Shown: positions 1 through 8,590 of the stretch, piece by piece
Layout: each line of letters starts with the position of its first letter
Numbering within the stretch: the first letter of the stretch is position 1
Source of the DNA: Myxococcota bacterium
GTDB lineage: Bacteria; Myxococcota_A; Polyangia; HGW-17
Assembly (NCBI GenBank): GCA_018821745.1
Contig: JAHJLU010000476.1
Coordinates: 1-32,441 of the forward strand
DNA length: 32,441 nt
Direction: 5' to 3'
Notes under the pieces: model-generated
Seen by the model: only the letters and a program-made list of their open reading frames with translations
Told to the model about the DNA's origin: nothing
The model's database searches: none
Translations under genes and position numbers: made by a program

Positions 1-290
1 AGGATCACGGCCCGCCGGCAGGGCAGGTAGCCCTGGATATTTATGAAGTACTGCGCGAGCTCCGCCGTGTAGATGCCCGCGGGGCGGGTCCCGTGGATGT
101 GGATCTGCCGGGCCGTTCGCTCGCGGCACCCCGTGGCCAGCACCAGGGTGCGGGTCGCCAGCTCGAAGAGCCCCCGCCGGTCGTTGGTGAGGGAGAGACG
201 GAACCAGCCCTCTTCCGGGGTGATGGCGTCCACGAAGGTGCCCGTCATGAGGGGGAACTGGAAGAAGTTCAGCACCACCCGGAAATGTAC
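1..290 (-). pseudogene. 5'-truncated NAD(P)/FAD-dependent oxidoreductase (pyridine nucleotide-disulfide family), runs off window start
   Basis: Manual minus-strand translation: ...LFELATRTLVLATGCRERTARQIHIHGTRPAGIYTAELAQYFINIQGYLPCRRAVIL. This matches the ATG(C)RER...GxRPAGI motif of the family. An in-frame TGA lies upstream (~364) and the N-terminal GxGxxG FAD motif is missing. Confidence 0.75.
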
Positions 291-399
291 TTCCCCCCCT
301 GGAATCAAACGGAGACAACCATTTGCCGAAGCCGCAGAGGGACCAGTCCGCCTGCAAACCCCTCAATGAGCAAAAACACTTTGCCGTCACCCTCGGATC

Positions 400-705
400 A
401 TGTCAAAATACCCACGAATAGAGAAGGAAATGGAGCCCATAGAGCGCTACAACGTAGAGAAATCAAGCTGTCCGCACTGGGCAAAAGTCGAAAACAGCGC
501 ATTGGAACTACCATTAAAAGAAATCCTCCCCCATCTCGGTGACCTGACCCCCATCAACCACACCATGACCGAAGAGGAAAAACTCGCCATCATCCAGCGC
601 GAATTCGACCGGCTCTACGACCCTTGCCACTTGGTACGCAACAACCTTGAGACCCTCGACAGTGTGGAGGTGGTACGCTCCATCCGAGAGGTGTTAAACC
701 GATGA
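400..705 (+). CDS. Hypothetical protein, probably the 3' remnant of a larger gene translationally coupled to rhuM
   Basis: The ORF stop overlaps the rhuM-like start (ATGA at 702-705) and the 3' half has coding-like codon usage. There is no clear RBS or natural start. Confidence 0.4.
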   Translation: MSKYPRIEKEMEPIERYNVEKSSCPHWAKVENSALELPLKEILPHLGDLTPINHTMTEEEKLAIIQREFDRLYDPCHLVRNNLETLDSVEVVRSIREVLNR

Positions 706-1712
706 ATACCTCCGAAATTCTCATTTACCAGGACCAGCAAGGGAAGATTAGAATCGATGTTCACCTTGAGGACGAGACCGTCTGGCTGACTCAGGATCAT
801 GTGGCTCAACTTTTCGGTAAGGCTAAATCGACTATCAACGAGCATATCAAGAATATTTTCGCCGAAGGGGAACTGGTCGAAGGCGAGGTTATGAAGAAAT
901 TCGGAATTTCCGAATTTCAGCAAAAAGTCCCGTATTTCTAGAATCTTGATGTGATTATCTCGGTTGGTTACCGTGTCAAATCGCACCAGGGAACACAGTT
1001 TCGCATCTGGGCCACCCAGCGCCTCAAGGAGTTTATTGTCAAAGGTTTTGCTCTGAACGATGAACGATTCAAGAGTGGCAATTCGATGAACTATTTTAAT
1101 GAATTGCAAGAGCGAATCCGGGCAATTCGGCTTTCAGAGCGTTTCTTTTACCAGAAGATCTAGGATATCTACACTACCAGCATCGATTACGACCCAAAGG
1201 ATGAAAAGACTCTGGAGTTTTTCAAAATCGTCCAGAACAAGCTGCTCTGGGCGATCAGTCAGCACACGGCAGCAGAATTGATCTATCGAAGGGTGGATGC
1301 TTCCCTCCCGTTAATGGGAATGCAATCCTTTGACAAAAAAGGCGAAATTGCCGTTCGTAAGAGTGATGTGAGCGTTGCCAAGAATTATCTGAATGAAAGT
1401 GAAATGGAACTACTCGGGCTGCTGGTCGAGCAATATCTTGCATTTGCCGAGACAATGGCTCAGCAGAGAACCCCCATGTACATGCAGGACTGGATACAGC
1501 GGCTGGATGCGATCCTTCAGATCAACGGACGGGAGTTGCTTGCCCATGCTGGAAAGATCAGCCATCAGAAGGCGCTGGAAAAATCGACGCTAGAATATGA
1601 CAAATATCGGCAAACACAGAAGCAGATTCAGCGTGAAGAGAGCTTGAAAGAGTTGGAGCATGACATTCAGCGAATCATCCTACCCGGAAAATCCGGTAAT
1701 AGCGATGAATAG
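702..1712 (+). pseudogene. rhuM: Virulence RhuM family protein interrupted by two in-frame TAG codons (939-941, 1161-1163)
   Basis: ORFs 702..941, 951..1163 and 1278..1712 share one frame and join into a 336-aa RhuM: ETVWLTQ..., F*NLDVIISVGYRVKS...QFRIWAT, SERFFYQKI*DIYTTSIDYD, VQNKLLWA, AKNYLNESE. Confidence 0.9.
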
Positions 1713-1771
1713 AGACTATATCCCGTCTATGGTGTTCTGTGTAGGCAAGTGCATGGTGCCTTAAGGGGAGA

Positions 1772-1888
1772 ATGCAGCATGAAAACCATACCTTCTTCTC
1801 CCCCCTGGGCACCGTGGCCTCCCCTTACGAGAGCGGGCTCCCCACGGGCTTCTCCACCGAGATGTGCACCTTCGTCCCCGCCCAGTAG
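1772..1888 (+). pseudogene. Short orphan coding-like fragment (probable C-terminal remnant)
   Basis: 38-codon frame MQHENHTFFSPLGTVASPYESGLPTGFSTEMCTFVPAQ*. Almost all third codon positions from ~1790 on are G/C, unlike the flanks. Confidence 0.35.
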
Positions 1889-2038
1889 TTTTCTCAAGCC
1901 TTGCATCAGGACTCAAGGGGAACGACAAAACCTGAATTGCATGGAAAAATAGTAAAAAACGATCTACAAATGACGCAATAATAAAAGAGCGTTGTCTACC
2001 CTTGACCGCTGGGCAAAACCAATCAGGAGCAAATCATC

Positions 2039-2887
2039 ATGAAACGCAATGTTTTCACCCACATCGTCGTGTTTGGCATCGTATTGTTTTCCAACTGCAA
2101 CAAGAAACCCAAGGAGGAGCCCCCAAAGGTTGCGCCCACACAGATGAAGGCCGTCAACGTCGTCACTCCCCCCATGAACACGCCTCCGGTGATGAAGGCC
2201 CCGGTGATGAAGGCCCCGGTGATGAAGGCCGAGGCCCCTCCCATGGCCGCGCAGGTTCCTCCCATGGCCACGGTCACTCAGAACGCGAATCAGGAAGCGC
2301 TCCCCATCCCGACGGGGAGCGAGATCCCACACAGTCAGTGCAACGCCATCTATGGTTCAGGAACCGCAAGCTTCCGCGCCAAAAAGTTCGACGACGCTGT
2401 GGATGCCTTCGCCAAATATATCACCGGCCAGTGTTTCGACCGGATCTCCAACACCATGGATCTGTGGCTCACGCAGTGGGGCTTCTTGAGCGCCTGCCAG
2501 ACAAGCACCAGGAAGCATCTCCTGGCCTTCAAGACGTTCAGGGCGAAGGCCTGCAAAAAATATGGCGACGCGATCCCCTGCGACAAGCCGCCCCGGTGTC
2601 CCGGGGAAAAAAGCAAGCATGAGAAGTGCAACGAGCTCTATACCAAGGGGTCGGCCGCCTTCAACAAGAAGGACTTCACCACCGCCCTCACCAGCCTGAC
2701 CGAGTTTGAAAAGGGGGAGTGTTTCGGCCTGATCAACACGTCGGTCGATCTGTGGGCCTCCTACCGCGGGGTCAAGGCTGCCGAGAGCCTGAAAAAACCG
2801 ACCGGTAGCTTTTTGGAGCAACTGAAGAAGGTGTGCAAGGGTCAACCCGGTGCGTGGGCCTGCAAGCAGGCGTTCAAGAAGCGTTAA
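2039..2887 (+). CDS. Putative lipoprotein with Met/Pro-rich linker and two tandem Cys-containing helical (TPR-like) domains
   Basis: AGGAG RBS at ~2025, signal peptide ending LFSNC and PVMKA repeats. Internal duplication: HSQCNAIY...GQCF...DLW versus HEKCNELY...GECF...DLW. Confidence 0.8.
   Translation: MKRNVFTHIVVFGIVLFSNCNKKPKEEPPKVAPTQMKAVNVVTPPMNTPPVMKAPVMKAPVMKAEAPPMAAQVPPMATVTQNANQEALPIPTGSEIPHSQCNAIYGSGTASFRAKKFDDAVDAFAKYITGQCFDRISNTMDLWLTQWGFLSACQTSTRKHLLAFKTFRAKACKKYGDAIPCDKPPRCPGEKSKHEKCNELYTKGSAAFNKKDFTTALTSLTEFEKGECFGLINTSVDLWASYRGVKAAESLKKPTGSFLEQLKKVCKGQPGAWACKQAFKKR
2186..2230 (+). repeat. 3 x 15-bp perfect tandem repeat CCGGTGATGAAGGCC (PVMKA)
   Basis: Directly visible at 2186-2200, 2201-2215 and 2216-2230. 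Confidence 0.95.
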
Positions 2888-2901
2888 TACATAACGGGCG
2901 C

Positions 2902-3150
2902 CTAAAAGCCCGAGAGCTGCGTCGGCGTGGTCCGGTCGAAGATGGTGCCGTCGCCCACGGTTCCGTAAGCGTTGTAGCCCCAGCAGAGGATGGTCCCCGC
3001 GTCGGAGAGGCAGCAACTGTGGTCTCCGTGCATGGAGAGGGTGTTGAAGATTTGCCCGCCCCCGACCTCGACGGGCACGTGCCGATCCGTGGTGTATGCG
3101 TCTCCCGGCTGCCCGAAGATGTTGTAGCCCCAGCCGGCGCTTCCCCAACT
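2902..3150 (-). pseudogene. Orphan RCC1/BLIP-II repeat C-terminal fragment
   Basis: WGYNIFGQPGD...VPVEV...GDHSCCL...CWGYNAYGTVGDGT..DRTTPT is about 1.5 RCC1-like blades ending in a stop. There is no credible start or N-terminus. Confidence 0.75.
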
Positions 3151-3365
3151 TTTTTTCTCTTTGAGGCGGAGTAGGCTCAAAATTCAGTTTATCAGGATTT
3201 TGATGAGATTACGCATCATAAAGATGATTACTGCCTGGCCATAAAATCAATGAGAATGGAGCGCGCAATCTGCCACAGCCATCCGCTGGGGAGGTGTTTG
3301 CCCAAAAACAAATTTATGCCTCAGAATTCTGATGTGGTGCTCACAGATGGAGCGCGTCAAGGCAA

Positions 3366-5993
3366 TCAGGGTGCATCTTCCACACTGTAGAGGAGCGAAT
3401 CATAATTGCCGTAGGGCCCAAGACCGTCGAAGGCACCGGTTGTCATGCCGATGACGAGAATTCTTCCGAGGCCGTCCTTTGCTATGCGCATGGCGACATC
3501 AGGTGCGGAGCTCCCCACTTGCTTGTCCCATTGTACCGTGCCCGCACCATTGAGCTTAACAATAGCGAGGTCGTATTGTCCGTAGGTGGTGTGTCCGTTA
3601 TAGGCGCCGAGAACGCTGAAGGCGCCGTAGATGTTCTGCGCGCTGTCGGAAGTCAGGGTTAGGGTATGTTCACTGTTTGGTGTGCCAAACTGTTTGCCCC
3701 ACAATGTTGAGTAAGGGCTGGACAAGTCGACCCTGAAGAGGACGGCGTCATCGCCTCCCGCGGTCGTACCGAAGAGGGAACCGCCGGTCTTCCCTCCTAT
3801 GAGCAGATCTCCCGCGTAGTAGCCGATCCCTGTACCAGATTCATTGGCAGAGGTTCCGTACAGTTTGAGCCAGTTGGGAGTGGGGTTGGATAAATACCAA
3901 TAGATGAGCATGATGTCGGAGCCGCCGTTATTGGTCTGTCCGAGAAGGGACTGGGTTGTTGTGCCCACGATGTAGAGAGCGTTGGTTCCAGTCACAACCA
4001 TATCTACTACGTCTGTTGATGATGTTGTCTGGAACTGTTTGTTCATCCCGGACTGCCGGACTCCCGATGTGTTAAACTTGTCGACGATCGTCCCCGCTGT
4101 GGCGGTGCCTGTGCTGTATTTCCCCAAACTGAATCCAGCGACATAGAGATAATTGTCGTAGAAGACAACCGCGTTGTATTCATCGGCGCTTGATGTGCCC
4201 ACGACTTTGGTCCATTGAACGACACCCGAAGTGTTCACCTTCATGAGCATCGCGTCATAGTTCCCTAGGGCGGTTTGTCCGTTGAACCCGGAACTGACCT
4301 TGCCCGCCAGATAGATGGAATTTGTCGCCGTGTCGATGTCGATGCTGTAAGCTTCGTCGTAACTGCTCGACCCCCACATCTTCGTCCATGCCAGAGAACC
4401 CGAGGCGTTGTATTTGGTCAGGAAGATGTCTGACGCACCCTGGTTGCTGACCCCCCCGAGGGAGCCGTAAGTATAGCCAACCACATAGACATTGTTGGCG
4501 GAGTCAATCGCCATGTCTGTTGGTATGTCTATTGCGGAGCTGCCCCACACGAAGCCACGGTGGCAGCTGCCCTCGCTGTAGTTGCATGAGGAACAGCCAA
4601 GGGTTCCCCACAGGTAGCTGCGGGAGGGGCAGGTGGCGCCGTTCAGTGCGCTCCCGTCACACTCTTCCTGGGGGCTCTGAATGGTATTGTCCCCGCAGTA
4701 GCCGGTGCAATTTGACGTGTTAACAGTGCAGTTGCTGGCACAGGAGACGGTCCCGCTGTAGAAACCGTTATTGGTGCAGGTCTCTGAGTGCATATCACCA
4801 CCGTCGCACTCTTCAGATGCCTGCCAGGTGTTGTCGCCACAGAATCCGGCCGCCTCGCAGCTGGTCGTGTCGAACTCGCAGGAAGTGGTGCAGGAGAGGA
4901 CTCCGCCATAAAAATGCTCCGGGAGCGTCCCGCAGGTATACCCGTTCAGTTCGCCACCGTCGCACTCCTCGTAGGTGCTCTGAAGCATCCCGTCACCGCA
5001 CTGACCCGTCGATTCACATGAGGAGAGGTTGAAGGTACAGTCGCTGTTGCAGGAGAGTGTCCCCGCATTGTATCCCAGTGACTGGCACGTGCTCCCGCCG
5101 AGGTTACTGCCTTCACAGTCCTCGTAGGTGGGCTGGATGGTGCCGTCCATGCAGGCACCCTGGTCCTCGCACTGTGAAAGATCATACATGCAGTCGCTTC
5201 CGCAGTTGAGTGTTCCACCGTGGTAGCCAAGGGATGTGCAGGACTCACCCTGCAGTGCTAATCCCTCGCACTGCTCGTATGCTGTCTGAATTTCACCGTC
5301 GCCGCATTGCCCAAAGGCCTCACAGGAGGATGTGTCGAACAGGCAGTCATCTCCGCAGGAGAGGGTCCCGCCATGATAGCCGAGGCTTGAGCAGCTTTCG
5401 TTATTGAGTGCGATGCCGTCGCACTCTTCGAACCCGCCGTTGACCTCCCCATCTCCACAGACCCCGGAGTTTTCGCACTGTGATTCATTGAATGTGCAGT
5501 CGCTGTTGCAGGAGAGGGTGCCTCCGTTGTAGCCGAGGCTGTCACAGTCCTGATCCTGAAGATCGAGGCCTTCGCATTCCTCGAAGGCGGCCTGGACAGT
5601 GCCATCTCCACAGCGGCCGTTCTCTTCGCAGAGGGTGGTGTCGTAAAGACATCCATCTGTACATTTAAGCCCAGTGCCATGGTACCCGAGCGACTCGCAC
5701 GTGGCACCGCTGAGATCCAAACCCTCGCATTCTTCGTGGCTCTCCTGAACGATATTGTCACCGCAGGATTCAACACACCCTTCCGTCTGGATAACACACT
5801 GGTCCGAGCAGGTCAGGTCGCCTCCATAGAATCCATAGTCCTGACATGATGATCCACCGAAGTTTCCGGTTTCACACGCTTCGCCGACATCCAGAACGCC
5901 ATCTCCACACGTTTGAGAGGTACCGGTTTTTTCATCACATGATAAAGAGATGAAAATGAACGAGAACGTGAAAAGAAAAGGCAAAAGTTTCAT
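3366..5993 (-). CDS. Large surface lipoprotein: nine Myxococcus-type Cys-rich repeats followed by an SBBP-like beta-propeller domain
   Basis: Start MKLLPFLFTFSFIFISLSC (lipobox) with GAGGA RBS at ~5999-6003. Repeats CGDG..EECDG..L...C..LGY.GG.L.C...C......C. The C-terminus has DMAIDSANNVYVVGYT...DIFLTKYNASGSLAW-type blades. Confidence 0.9.
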   Translation of the reverse strand: MKLLPFLFTFSFIFISLSCDEKTGTSQTCGDGVLDVGEACETGNFGGSSCQDYGFYGGDLTCSDQCVIQTEGCVESCGDNIVQESHEECEGLDLSGATCESLGYHGTGLKCTDGCLYDTTLCEENGRCGDGTVQAAFEECEGLDLQDQDCDSLGYNGGTLSCNSDCTFNESQCENSGVCGDGEVNGGFEECDGIALNNESCSSLGYHGGTLSCGDDCLFDTSSCEAFGQCGDGEIQTAYEQCEGLALQGESCTSLGYHGGTLNCGSDCMYDLSQCEDQGACMDGTIQPTYEDCEGSNLGGSTCQSLGYNAGTLSCNSDCTFNLSSCESTGQCGDGMLQSTYEECDGGELNGYTCGTLPEHFYGGVLSCTTSCEFDTTSCEAAGFCGDNTWQASEECDGGDMHSETCTNNGFYSGTVSCASNCTVNTSNCTGYCGDNTIQSPQEECDGSALNGATCPSRSYLWGTLGCSSCNYSEGSCHRGFVWGSSAIDIPTDMAIDSANNVYVVGYTYGSLGGVSNQGASDIFLTKYNASGSLAWTKMWGSSSYDEAYSIDIDTATNSIYLAGKVSSGFNGQTALGNYDAMLMKVNTSGVVQWTKVVGTSSADEYNAVVFYDNYLYVAGFSLGKYSTGTATAGTIVDKFNTSGVRQSGMNKQFQTTSSTDVVDMVVTGTNALYIVGTTTQSLLGQTNNGGSDIMLIYWYLSNPTPNWLKLYGTSANESGTGIGYYAGDLLIGGKTGGSLFGTTAGGDDAVLFRVDLSSPYSTLWGKQFGTPNSEHTLTLTSDSAQNIYGAFSVLGAYNGHTTYGQYDLAIVKLNGAGTVQWDKQVGSSAPDVAMRIAKDGLGRILVIGMTTGAFDGLGPYGNYDSLLYSVEDAP
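4563..5909 (-). repeat. Nine ~150-bp intragenic repeats encoding 6-Cys modules
   Basis: Nine CGD(G/N)/CMDG-initiated units of 45-53 aa counted in the translation. Confidence 0.9.
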
Positions 5994-6326
5994 AGTAATC
6001 CTCACTTTGGTTGAGCACCCAACTATTCTTAGCAAGCCAGTATTATTCATAGTATACACATGGACAGTGTCAAGGCAATTATCTCGGTTATTCCATTTTG
6101 ACCGCGTACACACCCTCTGACGAAAGCTTGCGTCCGTGGTGCTCTTGCTTTGAATTGTCCTGATCTGGTGCCTGGAGGGGATGGGAAGAGAAGAGTGTGG
6201 GCAAAATGCGGAGGGATAACTTTTCCACTGGTGGGCGGAGATGATATAGGCGGGTACACCCTTGGGTTTTGTGATCGAAGGTTGAAAAGACGTTTACGGT
6301 CCCATGAGGGGATGCCAGAGAATTTT

Positions 6327-6349
6327 GATGAACGAACCCTGGGTTCGAA
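6327..6349. repeat. Imperfect direct repeat copy 1, palindromic core GAACCC-T-GGGTTC
   Basis: GATGAACGAACCCTGGGTTCGAA; 20/23 identical to 7761-7783. Confidence 0.7.
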
Positions 6350-6397
6350 TTGATGTTCAATAGAGAACATACCGGGCTCACCCAGGCCCTTCATGGT

Positions 6398-7480
6398 TTA
6401 TTTTATGGAGCACATTTTCGGCTTATTTGGGGATGATTTTTCGCCCTCGGAGTCCTCTGGCAAATCCTGAAGGAGAGGCTCCTTATCTTTAAGAGCGGTT
6501 GCCTCTTTTTTCGTAAGCGTTTTCCACTTGTGGCCAGTGAGGGGAATCGCTGTGACTTTATAGTTGGTGGAGCAACGCCAGTAGGGTGGGGCGTCCAGAT
6601 TCTCGCCGGTGTTCACCTGGCGCTTCACTTTGAGGTATTTCTGGATCAGATACACGCTCTTGGTGTTCTTCCCTTTTTTCCATGAGAGAGCCACGTGCTC
6701 TGACTCTTTAAGACCGGAAAGGCCTTTCATGGAACCATCAGTAAAATGCACCTGCTTCTTGATTTGGTTATCATCGAGAGAGTAGGCGGCGAGGGATGTT
6801 CCCGCTTCCTGGATCTGGCCATCGTTGCCGCTGCCATCCTGGTCCTCGCTTGCGTCATAAAAACTCACCAGGAAGGTGCCCGTCTCTTTGAAATAGGGGG
6901 AAAAGATCACCTTGGGCTCACCTGCGAACATGCTGCTCGATTGCATTTCAGAGGCGAGGACGTTGAACCCATTCACCCCCCTTTTCAGGTGGATGGCGAT
7001 AAGCGTACCCTTTTCGTAAGGCTCGGCCTCCTCTCCAGCTCCTGCTTGGTGTCGCTCACGTGCCTCCCGTTTTTTGGCTTCTATCTCTTCTTTCGACGGT
7101 ACGGCCTTCAGTTCGACAAAAATGACAAGGAGCCTCCCCTTGCGCACCTCGAGAACCCTAATATTCTTCTTTTCGTGATCCCAATCTGGCTTTTTGGTTA
7201 AAGCAGATGTGGTGAACCGCCTGGTGATGAACTTCGATAAATGAATAGGCTCCTTGACCTTCTTCAGGTCAGAGAGAAGGCCCTCGAATTGGGCCATGGT
7301 CGTTTGGGGTACCGCCGCAAACCTGGCCCCTAAATTGGCTTTGATCATTTTGGGTGTCGTCGGGGCCTTGGGGACACTGGCTTTTTTCACCTTGGAGGGG
7401 GCAGTCGTTGTGTTGTTAGTTCCCTTCTCAGCACAACCAACCTGGGCGAGAATGATTAATACACCAAACAAATTCCTCAT
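6398..7480 (-). CDS. Hypothetical Lys-rich lipoprotein
   Basis: GGAG RBS at 7487-7490, start MRNLFGVLIILAQVGC (lipobox-like), 360-aa open frame. Confidence 0.8.
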   Translation of the reverse strand: MRNLFGVLIILAQVGCAEKGTNNTTTAPSKVKKASVPKAPTTPKMIKANLGARFAAVPQTTMAQFEGLLSDLKKVKEPIHLSKFITRRFTTSALTKKPDWDHEKKNIRVLEVRKGRLLVIFVELKAVPSKEEIEAKKREARERHQAGAGEEAEPYEKGTLIAIHLKRGVNGFNVLASEMQSSSMFAGEPKVIFSPYFKETGTFLVSFYDASEDQDGSGNDGQIQEAGTSLAAYSLDDNQIKKQVHFTDGSMKGLSGLKESEHVALSWKKGKNTKSVYLIQKYLKVKRQVNTGENLDAPPYWRCSTNYKVTAIPLTGHKWKTLTKKEATALKDKEPLLQDLPEDSEGEKSSPNKPKMCSIK

Positions 7481-7760
7481 AGTGAACTCCAGTTTTGTAT
7501 GTGCAAAGCACAACAATAGGCGGACAGGACAAGTGTATCTTGACACCCAACCCCATAGAAGGAGATTTAACGCATTTTGGGATTTCCTCAAGTATCAAAA
7601 ATCAGGCCGCTGGGGTGCAAATCGATTTTTGGGGACCGCGATTGCCTTGCTGTATCTTTTTTGTGAGCATCTTTGCGGCATTTGCGGGCACAAAATTGAC
7701 TACTTGGACGCACCTCTCCCCAATTGATGGAAATATATACCGTGTTTTCTGAGTTTTACA

Positions 7761-7783
7761 GATCATCGAACCCTGGGTTCCAA
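7761..7783. repeat. Imperfect direct repeat copy 2, palindromic core GAACCC-T-GGGTTC
   Basis: GATCATCGAACCCTGGGTTCCAA; the 14-bp core CGAACCCTGGGTTC is identical to 6333-6346. Confidence 0.7.
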
Positions 7784-7934
7784 CTATTACATTTATACCC
7801 GCTTTCGATTAGAGACCTGAATTCAAAAGTCACGCAGGGGCTCCTGGGTGAATCGCAAATCAATATATAGCGCCTGGCACCTCCGATTTACCCTAGGTGC
7901 CTCTTTCGACCCAATAGGGCATATTCGTGATGCG

Positions 7935-8396
7935 GGGCCGGGTGGGCTTCCCCGTGGGTGTCTCCGGTCACGTGGAGCTGCTGCTGTCCGGTGGAATTGA
8001 CTCTATCGTCGCCTCATGGTGAAGGGAGTTGAGCTCTTCGCCCGCGCCGACGGGGCAAAGGTGTTCGCCACCGGGGAATCCATCGGACAGGTCGCCAGCC
8101 AGACCCTGGTCAACATGGCGGTGGTTGAAGAGGCGGCGACGCTGCCGATTTTTTGCCCCCTCATCACCTATGACAAGGGCGAGGCCATTGCGCTGGCGGA
8201 GCGGATCGGGACTTTTAAGACCTCCATCATCCCCTGCCAGGACAGCTGCACCCTCTTTCTGCCTCCGAGGCCCGAGACCCGCGGCAAAATAGAAGAGATC
8301 CTCGCCGCGGAGAGTCACCTGGATCTGGACGCCATGGCCGCGAGCTGTTTGAGTCCGCAGAGACCATCACCTTCTGACCTCTGTTCACTGCAATAA
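7935..8396 (+). pseudogene. thiI: tRNA 4-thiouridine synthase ThiI remnant (THUMP domain lost, frameshift, internal deletion)
   Basis: GPGGLP/(+1 C)VGVSGHVELLLSGGIDSIVA (PP-loop SGGxDS) is joined out of frame to ...TGESIGQVASQTLVNM...PLITYDKGEAIALAERIGTF..S....DSC. The segment normally between these motifs is missing. Confidence 0.88.
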
Positions 8397-8445
8397 ACGC
8401 GAGGGGAGTCCGCAATCAGCAATGCACGGGGGCATGTGCCACTCC

Positions 8446-8461
8446 GTCACTCATGAGTGAC
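8446..8461. promoter_or_regulatory. Perfect 16-bp palindrome GTCACTCATGAGTGAC (possible protein-binding site)
   Basis: Self-complementary with no spacer, in the intergenic region between the convergent thiI remnant and rpsD. Confidence 0.35.
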
Positions 8462-8590
8462 CTTGCGTCCCTGCTATCATGAAATGTAATAGAGATCGGT
8501 CCGATGATCCGGAAGAGGCTCAGGTTTTGGCTTTGGAGAACGTTGGATCCACGGGAACTGCCTCAGCCTCAAGGGCTTGGCGCCGGGGAA

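Noticed and set aside
2902-5993. Diversity-generating retroelement target/template pair
   Set aside because: There is no reverse transcriptase and no near-identical repeat pair differing only at adenines.
1713-7800. Integron cassette array
   Set aside because: Genes are in mixed orientation with their own upstream regions. I found no RYYYAAC...GTTRRRY attC structure and no integrase.
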